Origin: Candidatus Parcubacteria bacterium
GTDB taxonomy: Bacteria; Patescibacteriota; Minisyncoccia; Phycocordibacterales; Zambryskibacteraceae
Assembly: GCA_019661785.1 (NCBI GenBank)
Contig: JAIFWP010000002.1
Coordinates: 161,869-225,868 of the forward strand
Length of the DNA stretch: 64,000 bases
Reading direction: 5' to 3'
Each line of letters begins with the position of its first letter. Position 1 is the stretch's first letter. A program made the position numbers and the translations under genes. Positions 30,397 to 39,032 of the stretch are shown one piece after another. The notes below the pieces were generated by a model that was not told where the DNA came from, made no database searches, and was given only the letters and a program-made list of their open reading frames with translations.

Positions 30397-32472
30397 GTGA
30401 AGCACCTTAAGTTCTTTTGGGCTCCTTTCCTTACATTAGTCCTTATAGCCAACCCGCTCTTTGCCGTCGCAGAGACTCAGGTCTTATCTATAGATACAGC
30501 AGAGCTTACCGAGGCTACGACTACTCCAGATACACAGGAGATAATAGTGAAGTATAAGGACTCAGACGACATACAAATCGTCGAGGCGGAGAGTCCTGCA
30601 CAAGTAGACGAGACTATACAAAGCATTGAGTCTAACCCCAGTGTGGACTACGCTGAGCCCAACTTCAGCCGAGATATCTTCGCCATAGACTCAAACGATA
30701 CTCACCGTGCTCTCGAGTGGGGCCTAGACAACACTGGTCAGACCATCCTTGGCACAGCCGGCACCTTAGATGCTGACATAGACGCGCCCGAGGCCTGGGC
30801 TATGTCTGAGGGCACTAGCACTCTCGTCGCCGTCATAGATATCGGAGTCGACTACAGACATCCCGATATAGCCAATAAGATGTGGGATGGCAGCTCGTGC
30901 GTGGATGACTCTGGCGCCACAATAAGCGGGGGTTGTCTGCATGGATATGACTTCACTAATGGAGACAATGACCCTTTGCCGCCTCAGACTAGCGGAGGAG
31001 TGAACTTCCATGGCACGCACGTAGCGGGCATCATCGCGGCAGAGAAGGGCAATGGTCTTGGTATTACTGGCGTTGCGCCAAATGCGAGGATAATGGCCAT
31101 CCGCTTTGCCCTTGATGTGGCGAGCGAGGTCAGGGCTATCAACTTCGCCAAGGCGAATGGAGCTAAGATTATTAACGCTTCGTATGGAGGCAACGAGTTT
31201 TCGCAGGCAGAGTACGATGCTATAAAGAGCTTCACCGATGGGGGAGGAATCTTCGTCGCTGCGGCAGGCAACAGTGCTGCGAACAACGATGGAGGCACCC
31301 ACACTTATCCTGCAGATTACGATATTGCTAATATCGTCACAGTAGCTGCTATTAACAACCGCGACGGGCTCACATCCTTCTCTAACTACGGAGCTAGTTC
31401 AGTCGATGTCGGCGCTCCTGGTGAATCTATTTTGAGTCTCTATCCCGACTACAGCGTGCCATCGTCTCCTTCATACATATATGCTTATGCTGACGGCACC
31501 TCAATGGCCGCTCCTATGACGGCTGGAGCAGTGGCTCTCCTGTGGGGAGCATCTCCCACACTTAGCTCTGCGCAAGTAGTGAGCCTCATTACGAGTACGG
31601 GAGACTCTTTGCCCGCTCTCGCAGGCAAGACCACGAGCGGCAAGCGTATCAACGTCTACAATGCATTGCACTCTGTCCTCGCCACTTCCACAGCCGTGCT
31701 CTCTGGCTTGCCGAGCGCTACCTCGACCGAGGGCATACCAAGCCTTAGCGTGACAGTCGGCGGGGACGGCATAGCTTACTATGCGTATAAACTCGATGGC
31801 AGTGCTTGGAGCGCGACGACTACTGTGGCCACTCCTATCACCGCTACGTCTCTCACGAACGGTATGCACAGCCTCTCTGTCATTGGTGGATCGGCTTACG
31901 GCGTTTGGCAAAGTGAGGCCTCGTCGACGGACTATACATGGAATGTGGTCGACACTACTGCGCCAGACGTGACTGGCCTTGCGGATGATGCTAATGGCAC
32001 ACAGTCTAAGTCTTGGAGCTGGGGCTCGTTAGACCCGACGGCCATCTTCCGCTTTGAGGTGTCTACATCCTCAGTACCGCTTGCTCTAGCCAGCACGACA
32101 TATGCGACGACGACAAGTGCAAATGTAAGCAGTCCTCTTGGCGCCGTCTATATACATGTGCAGGCAAAGGACAACAACGGCAACGAGAGCGCGGTGCGGA
32201 CCTTCTCCGCGCTTCTCGCCGAGCCTGTAGCGCCAGTCGCGCCTGCTCCTAGCGGTGGTGGAGGGGGAGGCGGCGGCGGCGGGGGTGGTGGAGGAGGTTC
32301 GAGTTCCGGTTCATCCTCTCCTACCGTGACCCAGGCTCTCTCAGGAGACGAGAATAGTGATGGCAAGGTAGACTTGCTCGACTTCAACAGCCTTATGATC
32401 CATTGGTCCTCGCGTGCGAATCCGATACTCGACTTTAATAGCTTAATGGTACACTGGTCACTCCAAGGATAA
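30397..32472 (+). CDS. Secreted S8 (subtilisin) serine protease with C-terminal dockerin-like module
   Basis: Signal peptide; triad VIDIG, HGTHVAG, GTSMAAP; Ig-like region, poly-Gly linker, GDENSDGKVDLLDF. Confidence 0.92.
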   Translation: MKHLKFFWAPFLTLVLIANPLFAVAETQVLSIDTAELTEATTTPDTQEIIVKYKDSDDIQIVEAESPAQVDETIQSIESNPSVDYAEPNFSRDIFAIDSNDTHRALEWGLDNTGQTILGTAGTLDADIDAPEAWAMSEGTSTLVAVIDIGVDYRHPDIANKMWDGSSCVDDSGATISGGCLHGYDFTNGDNDPLPPQTSGGVNFHGTHVAGIIAAEKGNGLGITGVAPNARIMAIRFALDVASEVRAINFAKANGAKIINASYGGNEFSQAEYDAIKSFTDGGGIFVAAAGNSAANNDGGTHTYPADYDIANIVTVAAINNRDGLTSFSNYGASSVDVGAPGESILSLYPDYSVPSSPSYIYAYADGTSMAAPMTAGAVALLWGASPTLSSAQVVSLITSTGDSLPALAGKTTSGKRINVYNALHSVLATSTAVLSGLPSATSTEGIPSLSVTVGGDGIAYYAYKLDGSAWSATTTVATPITATSLTNGMHSLSVIGGSAYGVWQSEASSTDYTWNVVDTTAPDVTGLADDANGTQSKSWSWGSLDPTAIFRFEVSTSSVPLALASTTYATTTSANVSSPLGAVYIHVQAKDNNGNESAVRTFSALLAEPVAPVAPAPSGGGGGGGGGGGGGGGSSSGSSSPTVTQALSGDENSDGKVDLLDFNSLMIHWSSRANPILDFNSLMVHWSLQG

Positions 32473-32483
32473 CTAACAGATAT

Positions 32484-33206
32484 ATGAAAAAAGCTTTACT
32501 AGCCCTCTCGTTATCGCTCGCTCTGCCCATGCTTGCTTCGGCGAGTACGGCCTACTTCACTCCGGCTACGGTCACGGTGAAGCCTGGACAGAGCGTCACC
32601 CTGAGCATCATCGTCGACCCACAAGGTGCTCAAGTCTATACTGCTAAGATCGCTGTATCTTACCCGAGTGACTTGGTGAGCGTGACATCATTTAGCCCCG
32701 CCTCTGGTTGGCTCTCGCTTAACCAGCCTGGATACGATGTCGTAGACAACGCAGCCGGCTCTCTCATAAAGACTGCTGGATATGCAGGAGGCTTTAGCGG
32801 CGTTAAGATATTTGGCACCATCACTCTCACTGCCAAAGCTTCGGGCTCTGCCACGGTCTCTATTACCGGAACCACGCAAGTGCTTGGCGCTAATAATGAG
32901 AACTCCTTCTCCTCTGGCGGACGAGCGATAGTAGTTGTCTCGACTCCGACACCAGCTACAACGGTTGTGAATCCGGCTCGACCTCTGCTCAAGAAGCCTT
33001 CCGCACCAGTAGCGAAGACTGCTTCGACTACCGCAGCCTCGTCTACAGCGAGTACCACGGCTACACCAGAGGCGAGTAGTCCCGTACCCGAGCTCGCTTC
33101 AGCTGTATCTACTGGTAGCAAGAACATGACCTTGGTTCTGGGGTTTGTAGCTGTGGCAGCTGCTTTCTTGGCGGGGATATTTATTGGCCGCCTCAAGACT
33201 GTATAA
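32484..33206 (+). CDS. Cohesin-like domain protein with C-terminal membrane anchor
   Basis: Signal peptide, VKPGQSVTLSI...VSYPSDLVSV...FGTITLTAKASGSATV, S/T/P/A linker, C-terminal TM. Confidence 0.7.
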   Translation: MKKALLALSLSLALPMLASASTAYFTPATVTVKPGQSVTLSIIVDPQGAQVYTAKIAVSYPSDLVSVTSFSPASGWLSLNQPGYDVVDNAAGSLIKTAGYAGGFSGVKIFGTITLTAKASGSATVSITGTTQVLGANNENSFSSGGRAIVVVSTPTPATTVVNPARPLLKKPSAPVAKTASTTAASSTASTTATPEASSPVPELASAVSTGSKNMTLVLGFVAVAAAFLAGIFIGRLKTV

Positions 33207-33213
33207 TAAACAC

Positions 33214-33882
33214 ATGAATATAAAACGCGATTTATCGATACTAGCTGTAGTAGTGCTCGTGGCTATATGCGGAGGAGTCCTATACATGCGACCCGCTCTG
33301 CATCCTATTGTTACGCCGGGACCGACTGGCACAGGACAGACCCAGGTGTTGCCTTTGGACGGTACGGTAGTGCTCCACCTTGGAGAGACAGCGTCATTTA
33401 GAAATCTTACCCTCACGCCAACTCAGTTGGTCGAAGATAGCCGATGCCCACAAGACGTGCAATGCATCCAGGCCGGGACGGTAAGGGTGAAGGTAGATGT
33501 ATCTTCGGGTCTTGGCAACGCCGCTTCGATATTGAAACTGGGCGAAGTCTTCACTACAGAGAGCGAGAGGATAACGCTCACAGAAGTGTCTCCATCCAAG
33601 CTGTCTTCTGTCACTATCGCTCCTGCGGATTACCAATTCACTTTCCTCGTAGAGTCGCAGGCTAGCCACATAGACAACGGCAGCACTTCAGGCAAGTGCT
33701 ATGTCGGCGGATGCTCAAGCCAGATTTGCTCTGACGAGCCTAATGCCGTATCAACCTGCGAGTACACGGCGGCTTATGCCTGCTACAAGACAGCCAAGTG
33801 CGAGAGACAGTCTACCGGCAAATGCGGATGGACTCCATCGACCGCACTCAATATGTGCCTCAAGAACCCTCCCTCGCTCTAG
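33214..33882 (+). CDS. Membrane-anchored Cys-rich protein
   Basis: EDSRCP..VQCIQAG domain plus CYVGGCSSQIC...CEY...CGW cysteine cluster. Confidence 0.75.
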   Translation: MNIKRDLSILAVVVLVAICGGVLYMRPALHPIVTPGPTGTGQTQVLPLDGTVVLHLGETASFRNLTLTPTQLVEDSRCPQDVQCIQAGTVRVKVDVSSGLGNAASILKLGEVFTTESERITLTEVSPSKLSSVTIAPADYQFTFLVESQASHIDNGSTSGKCYVGGCSSQICSDEPNAVSTCEYTAAYACYKTAKCERQSTGKCGWTPSTALNMCLKNPPSL

Positions 33883-33915
33883 AAAGGAAGCCAGAAAGCA
33901 TACGTTTATAGACTC

Positions 33916-34131
33916 GTGCCTGGAGACTCGTTCATACACGCAGATATATTCTTCTTCGTGGCGACCATCGCTGTCGCAGTCTTCGTCGCGGTGTCTATCG
34001 TCGTGGCAGTTTATCTAGTGCGTGCGCTTAGGGCCATAGAAGAGAGGACCGAGGATATGAAGGAGAGCTTCCTATACAACTTATTATTCAAGACTCGCAA
34101 TAAATATAAAGTCGATGCCAAAGATAAATAA
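33916..34131 (+). CDS. Small membrane protein
   Basis: ADIFFFVATIAV TM; GTG start 7 nt after an ECF-like -10. Confidence 0.6.
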   Translation: MPGDSFIHADIFFFVATIAVAVFVAVSIVVAVYLVRALRAIEERTEDMKESFLYNLLFKTRNKYKVDAKDK

Positions 34132-34200
34132 AGAGAAGGCTCTTATCATCGGCATGGCCGTGGCAGAGATAATCGCCTTGGCCACCGAGCTAAAAAGAGA

Positions 34201-34836
34201 ATGGAATACAGCAAGCACATCGAGCTCCAGAAGAAGCTCGCCAAGGAAGTCCGCATCGAGCCGCTCAAGGGCGAGGTAAGGCTCGTGGCCGGAGTTGACG
34301 TCTCGATGGAGCGCTTTGGCAATACTCTCTATGCGGGCATTATAGTGCTGTCTTACCCAGAGCTTCGGGTAGTTGAGGAGGTAGTGGCCAAGTCGGAGAC
34401 CGACTTCCCTTATATACCTGGGCTCTTGTCCTTCCGCGAGATACCAGCGCTCTTAGAATGCGTGAAGAAACTTTCATATAAGCCCGACGTCTACATAGTG
34501 GATGGACAGGGCATAGCTCACCCGAGGCGGCTTGGCATCGCCACGCATCTCGGCCTCATACTGGGCACGCCCACCATCGGTTGTGCCAAGAGCGTGCTTT
34601 ACGGCAGACGCTCGGGCGACAATCTTGTAGACCCCAAGACTGGAGAAGTGATAGGTCGAGTCCTCTCGACAAAGAAGGGCTCGAACCCGCTCATCGTCTC
34701 TCCCGGGCATCTCATCACTCTAGAGGAGTCGGTCGAGATAGTCCGCTCTGCTCTCAAGGGATACAAGTTGCCCGAGCCTACCCGCCGAGCGCATCTCCTG
34801 GTGAACGCCTTTCGAAAGGGTATTATCAAAAATTAA
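34201..34836 (+). CDS. nfi: Endonuclease V
   Basis: VAGVDVS, FPYIPGLLSFRE, VDGQGIAHPRRLGIA, LPEPTR. Confidence 0.95.
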   Translation: MEYSKHIELQKKLAKEVRIEPLKGEVRLVAGVDVSMERFGNTLYAGIIVLSYPELRVVEEVVAKSETDFPYIPGLLSFREIPALLECVKKLSYKPDVYIVDGQGIAHPRRLGIATHLGLILGTPTIGCAKSVLYGRRSGDNLVDPKTGEVIGRVLSTKKGSNPLIVSPGHLITLEESVEIVRSALKGYKLPEPTRRAHLLVNAFRKGIIKN

Positions 34837-34841
34837 ACACC

Positions 34842-35054
34842 ATGGCAGTAGAAATACAAAACAATCCTAGCGGCGGAGACAACGGCGGCAGCGCAATGAC
34901 AGCGCTCGTAGCTATCCTCGTCATCGTAGTCATCGGACTCGCTATCTGGTTTGGCTTCCGGCACACCGGCTCATCCGGCGGCACCAATGTGAACGTCTCA
35001 CTACCGACGACATCCGGCGGCACAGGCGGAGTCACAGGAGGCGCAGGATACTAA
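34842..35054 (+). CDS. Small single-TM protein
   Basis: MAVEIQNNPSGGDNGGSAMTALVAILVIVV... Confidence 0.65.
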   Translation: MAVEIQNNPSGGDNGGSAMTALVAILVIVVIGLAIWFGFRHTGSSGGTNVNVSLPTTSGGTGGVTGGAGY

Positions 35055-35074
35055 ATTCTGTTTGGCTCAGTTTT

Positions 35075-35116
35075 GCAAAACGGCTCTAAATTAGCTAAGA
35101 TTAGAGCCGTTTTCGC
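35075..35116 (+). terminator. Hairpin terminator
   Basis: AAAACGGCTCTAA...TTAGAGCCGTTTT. Confidence 0.7.
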
Positions 35117-35119
35117 ATT

Positions 35120-35277
35120 GCCAAGATAGCTCAGCCCCGACGAGCGAAGCTGTCGGGGAGCCGACCTTGCGTCGGCTTTGGTAGAGTTAGATAGTATTGC
35201 CAAGATAGCTCAGCCCCGACGAGCGAAGCTGTCGGGGAGCCGACCTTGCGTCGGCTTTGGTAGAGTTAGATAGTATT
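35120..35277 (+). repeat. Two identical 79-bp units: tRNA-Thr 5' fragment with a 43-bp double-hairpin insertion
   Basis: Units start at 35120 and 35199; the intact tRNA starts one period later at 35278. Confidence 0.9.
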
Positions 35278-35353
35278 GCCAAGATAGCTCAGTTGGTAGA
35301 GCACATCCATGGTAAGGATGAGGTCCCCGGTTCGATCCCGGGTCTTGGCTCCA
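35278..35353 (+). tRNA. tRNA-Thr(GGT)
   Basis: Anticodon arm CATCC-ATGGTAA-GGATG, GGTTCGATCCC, encoded CCA. Confidence 0.96.
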
Positions 35354-35372
35354 GGTCTGCTATACTCAGGTT

Positions 35373-35759
35373 ATGTCACGAGAAGGCGCTCCAACCCAAG
35401 AGCAAGTAAGAGAGGCTTACATCATAGATGAACTTAGAAATACCACTCCAGAAAAGTTAATGAATATGATGCAGGCCACTTCGGCCGAAGAGATGCGGAA
35501 AAATGCTCAAGATCCTGAACAAATCAAAGAATATCTAGCTTGGGATGATGAATGGAGGAGCTTGGTTCAGGCTCTAGAGGGTGAAGAAGGCGAAAGGCAG
35601 ATTTTAAATACAGAACTTAAAAGAGCTGACCTATATATCGCGGCCGACCTAACTGCTTTAGCCAGAGAGACGCTTGAGAGCGCTAGGGACATTGCATGGG
35701 CGATGGGATTCGAGAATGTTTCTGAGGACATTGAAGGTAGACTTGAGACACTCGAGTAG
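35373..35759 (+). CDS. Acidic helical hypothetical protein
   Basis: 128-aa ORF, TATACT 6 nt before ATG. Confidence 0.7.
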   Translation: MSREGAPTQEQVREAYIIDELRNTTPEKLMNMMQATSAEEMRKNAQDPEQIKEYLAWDDEWRSLVQALEGEEGERQILNTELKRADLYIAADLTALARETLESARDIAWAMGFENVSEDIEGRLETLE

Positions 35760-35800
35760 TGTTTGCATATAGCAAGATAATGCATATCATTATCTGGCAA

Positions 35801-35873
35801 GCCACCCTAGCTCAGTTGGTAGAGCACCGCTTTCGTAAAGCGGGGGTCCGCAGTTCGATTCTGCGGGGTGGCT
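35801..35873 (+). tRNA. tRNA-Thr(CGT)
   Basis: Anticodon arm CCGCT-TTCGTAA-AGCGG, GTTCGATTC; CCA not encoded. Confidence 0.95.
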
Positions 35874-35874
35874 C

Positions 35875-36723
35875 ATGGCGGAGAAGGAAGCTATACAAGC
35901 AAAGATAGATGCTATAGAGGCCGAGATGGCCTCGGCAGACTTTTGGAGTGACAAGAACGCCGCTCAAGCGAAGATTAAAGAACTTCAAGATTTGAAAAAT
36001 GATTTGGAGGGCGTCGGCAAGTATGACAAGGGAGATGCCATTATGAATATCTTTACTGGTGCAGGAGGGGACGACGCCGCAGATTGGTCGAAGATGCTCT
36101 TAGCCATGTATGAGAAGTACGCTGCTAAAAAAGGCTGGGCGATAAAGACTCTTGGTGAGAATCAGCTCGAAATCAGCGGCAAGAATGTCTACGGCACCCT
36201 AAAGAACGAGTCAGGCGTACACCGTCTTGTGCGCATATCACCCTTCGGAGCTAAGGGCATACGACAGACCTCCTTTAGCATGGTCGAGGTGGTGCCCAAG
36301 TTCGACAGGCCTGATGAGCTCGCTATACCGCCAGACGATATCCGCGTTGAGCTCTCCCGCTCTAGCGGCCCGGGCGGGCAAAATGTGAACAAGCGCGAGA
36401 CAGCCGTACGCGTGGTGCACATACCAACCAACCTCGCTGTGCATGTGGAGACCGAGCGCTCTCAAGCGCAGAACAAGGAGAAGGCTCTTGCCATGCTCAG
36501 CGCCAAACTTTACAAACTTCAGGATGATGAAAGGAAGGCCAAGGAGAGCGGCATGTATGTATCAAAGACGACGCAGAACGAGTGGGGGAGCCAAATACGC
36601 TCGTACGTGCTACATCCATATAAGATGGTTAAGGATCATCGCACCGATGTCGAGAGCTCTCAGCCGGACAAGGTGTTGAACGGCGACTTGGACGAATTCA
36701 TAGAGGCTGAAAGGGCTCTCTAA
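35875..36723 (+). CDS. prfB: Peptide chain release factor 2 (short form, no frameshift)
   Basis: ESGVHRLVRISPF (SPF), SSGPGGQNVNK, WGSQIRSYVLHPY. Confidence 0.93.
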   Translation: MAEKEAIQAKIDAIEAEMASADFWSDKNAAQAKIKELQDLKNDLEGVGKYDKGDAIMNIFTGAGGDDAADWSKMLLAMYEKYAAKKGWAIKTLGENQLEISGKNVYGTLKNESGVHRLVRISPFGAKGIRQTSFSMVEVVPKFDRPDELAIPPDDIRVELSRSSGPGGQNVNKRETAVRVVHIPTNLAVHVETERSQAQNKEKALAMLSAKLYKLQDDERKAKESGMYVSKTTQNEWGSQIRSYVLHPYKMVKDHRTDVESSQPDKVLNGDLDEFIEAERAL

Positions 36724-36746
36724 ATATGTTAAAATAGCGGGTACGT

Positions 36747-37427
36747 ATGATTTTCTTTGATCGTGTTTCAAAGGTCTATCCGGACGACTCTGTCGCTCTC
36801 TCGGACATCACCATCACCATAGAGCCCAAAGAATTCGTCTCCATAGTCGGCCCATCAGGCGCAGGCAAGACCACTTTGCTCAAGATGCTCCTCGCAGAGG
36901 AGTACCCGACCGAGGGAGAGGTCTTCTACGAGTCAAAGAACGTGCACGACTTGAGCAAGAAGGATTTAAATGAATTGAGAAGGAAGATTGGCATGGTTTT
37001 CCAGGACTTCCGTCTCATACCGGGGAAGACCGTATACGAGAACATCGCCTTTACCATGGAGGCAGCTGGGAGGAGCGACGCAGAGATAGAGCAGGATGTG
37101 CCGCACGTCTTAGAGCTTGTCGACTTGGCGTCGAAGGTCTGGAACTTCCCCCACGAGCTCTCTGGCGGTGAGAAGCAGCGCGTAGCTATAGCCCGCGCGC
37201 TAGTGAACCAGCCCGATGTCCTCGTGGCCGACGAGCCGACAGGGAACCTCGACCCGGTGAACACTTACGACATCGTCCAAATACTCAAGAAGATTAACGA
37301 CTTCGGCACGACCGTCATCCTCACCACGCACAACAAGGGCATTATCGACTCCCTAGGCAAGCGCGTTATTGCTATGGATAAGGGCAAGGTCGTGCGCGAT
37401 GACAAGGAGGGCAAATACTTCATCTAA
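36747..37427 (+). CDS. ftsE: Cell division ATP-binding protein FtsE
   Basis: GPSGAGKTT, VFQDFRL, LSGGEKQR, DEPTGNLD. Confidence 0.92.
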   Translation: MIFFDRVSKVYPDDSVALSDITITIEPKEFVSIVGPSGAGKTTLLKMLLAEEYPTEGEVFYESKNVHDLSKKDLNELRRKIGMVFQDFRLIPGKTVYENIAFTMEAAGRSDAEIEQDVPHVLELVDLASKVWNFPHELSGGEKQRVAIARALVNQPDVLVADEPTGNLDPVNTYDIVQILKKINDFGTTVILTTHNKGIIDSLGKRVIAMDKGKVVRDDKEGKYFI

Positions 37428-37449
37428 GATATAATACAAAGATAAACTC

Positions 37450-38376
37450 ATGTTCTGGACCAATTTCAAACGCATAGCCCGCACCGGATTCATGAACTTC
37501 TGGCGCAACGGCACTGTCTCTCTCGCCTCTGTCTTCATGATGACGGTGACCTTGCTCGTCATAGGCTTTATCCTTTTTGGCTCGGCAGTGCTCAACACCT
37601 CGCTCAACACCTTGCGCGACAAGGTCGACATCACGGTGACTTTCGTACCTACCGCGGCGGAGACTGATATATTGTCGATGAAGCACTCTCTCGAGACTCT
37701 CTCTGAGGTGTCTCTTGTCACTTACACCTCGCGCGAGGATGCTCTCACAGCCTTCACCGCTAGACATCAGAACGATCAGTCTATACTCACCGCTCTCGCG
37801 GAACTCAATGGCAATCCTCTTGGGGCCGAGCTCGACGTGAAGGCCAAGGACCCGTCTCAGTATCAGAGCATCGCGGACTTCCTCCAGAGTCAGAGCACTC
37901 TCTCAACCTCAGGAGTTTCCATCGTCGACCATGTGAACTTCTACCAGAACAAGGTTGCTATAGATCGCCTGTCCTCTATCATCCGTGCCGCAGACAAGCT
38001 CGGTCTCGCCATCGCCATCGCCTTCATCATCCTTTCGATACTCATTGCCTTCAACACTATCCGCCTCACTATATACATTGCTAGAGAGGAGATATCGGTC
38101 ATGCGTCTCGTCGGCGCTTCGACAGCATACATACAGGGACCATTTGTCACTGTTGGCATCATGTACGGACTCCTGGCGACTCTGGCGTCCCTCATCCTCT
38201 TCCTGCCTATCACATACTGGATAGGGAAGGTCACAGCAAACTTCTTCATCGGGTTGAACCTCTTCAGCTACTACCTACACAACTTCCCTCAGGTCTTCCT
38301 AGTCCTCCTTGGTTCAGGCGCCTTCATCGGAGCGGTGTCCTCACTGTGGGCAATACGCAGATACCTCAAGGTTTAG
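37450..38376 (+). CDS. ftsX: Cell division permease FtsX
   Basis: FNTIRLTI...REEISVMRLVGA; follows ftsE. Confidence 0.92.
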   Translation: MFWTNFKRIARTGFMNFWRNGTVSLASVFMMTVTLLVIGFILFGSAVLNTSLNTLRDKVDITVTFVPTAAETDILSMKHSLETLSEVSLVTYTSREDALTAFTARHQNDQSILTALAELNGNPLGAELDVKAKDPSQYQSIADFLQSQSTLSTSGVSIVDHVNFYQNKVAIDRLSSIIRAADKLGLAIAIAFIILSILIAFNTIRLTIYIAREEISVMRLVGASTAYIQGPFVTVGIMYGLLATLASLILFLPITYWIGKVTANFFIGLNLFSYYLHNFPQVFLVLLGSGAFIGAVSSLWAIRRYLKV

Positions 38377-38416
38377 GGCCGTATTTTAGGCCTGCTAAAC
38401 TACTCGAATCTTCTCC

Positions 38417-38445
38417 TTGACAAATGAGCTTTTTGGGTGTATAGT
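38417..38445 (+). promoter_or_regulatory. sigma70 promoter TTGACA-N17-TATAGT
   Basis: Near-consensus hexamers. Confidence 0.7.
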
Positions 38446-38540
38446 TAAAGGGTCAGCTCGAGAGAGCTTTCCCCGTTACGTGTCTCTCCCAGGACACAAG
38501 GCACTCTGCCAGAACGGGCACGAATCTTCCAGGAGGAAGC

Positions 38541-38960
38541 ATGGGAACGTACATTCACAACCTCGCGATGTCCCTTATCGGTCAGCTTGGCCTCGAGCCT
38601 GAGGTCAATCACGGTGATAAGTTCATCCGCGTCGAGCATTTCTACGAGATCTATGCCGAGAAATTGGAACCGGCTCTCGAGGGAATGAGCCCGCAGACCC
38701 TGGGTAAGATCAGTGGCTGCGGTCTGGGTCGGTGGGACAAGGGTGGCACAAAGCTGCTCGAGATTTCAGATTTCGAGGGCTACTTGTCAGGCGGAGCAGA
38801 TGGGAAGGCTATCCTGGTGCATTTAGCTTGCATGACGGTCCTCGCAGAAGTGGCCAACATCTTCCGAGAGTGGCACCCAGATTTATTTCCTGCGTCGGAG
38901 TACCAGACTCCGGAGGAAGTGCCAGATCGTGTGATGCATCGAAGTGGTTCTGTGGGATAA
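38541..38960 (+). CDS. Orphan hypothetical protein
   Basis: SD AGGAGG, own promoter and terminator. Confidence 0.65.
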   Translation: MGTYIHNLAMSLIGQLGLEPEVNHGDKFIRVEHFYEIYAEKLEPALEGMSPQTLGKISGCGLGRWDKGGTKLLEISDFEGYLSGGADGKAILVHLACMTVLAEVANIFREWHPDLFPASEYQTPEEVPDRVMHRSGSVG

Positions 38961-38986
38961 GCGAGGAGACACACTTAACAAGTCTC

Positions 38987-39016
38987 GGCCGACGGAGCAA
39001 TCCGCCGGCCTTTTTT
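38987..39016 (+). terminator. Intrinsic terminator
   Basis: GGCCGACGGA-GCAA-TCCGCCGGCC-TTTTTT. Confidence 0.8.
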
Positions 39017-39032
39017 GTAAAATTTATTGAGA

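Noticed and set aside
32253-32298. G-rich low-complexity tract
   Set aside because: It encodes the poly-Gly linker of the S8 protease with mixed codons; it is not a contingency repeat.
34115-34279. 54-aa ORF (MPKINKEKALIIG...) bridging the 33916 gene and nfi
   Set aside because: It overlaps nfi by about 80 nt and has no recognisable motif; possible, but unsupported.
35120-35277. Possible CRISPR array
   Set aside because: The units are fully identical with no variable spacers, derive from a tRNA, and there are no cas genes.
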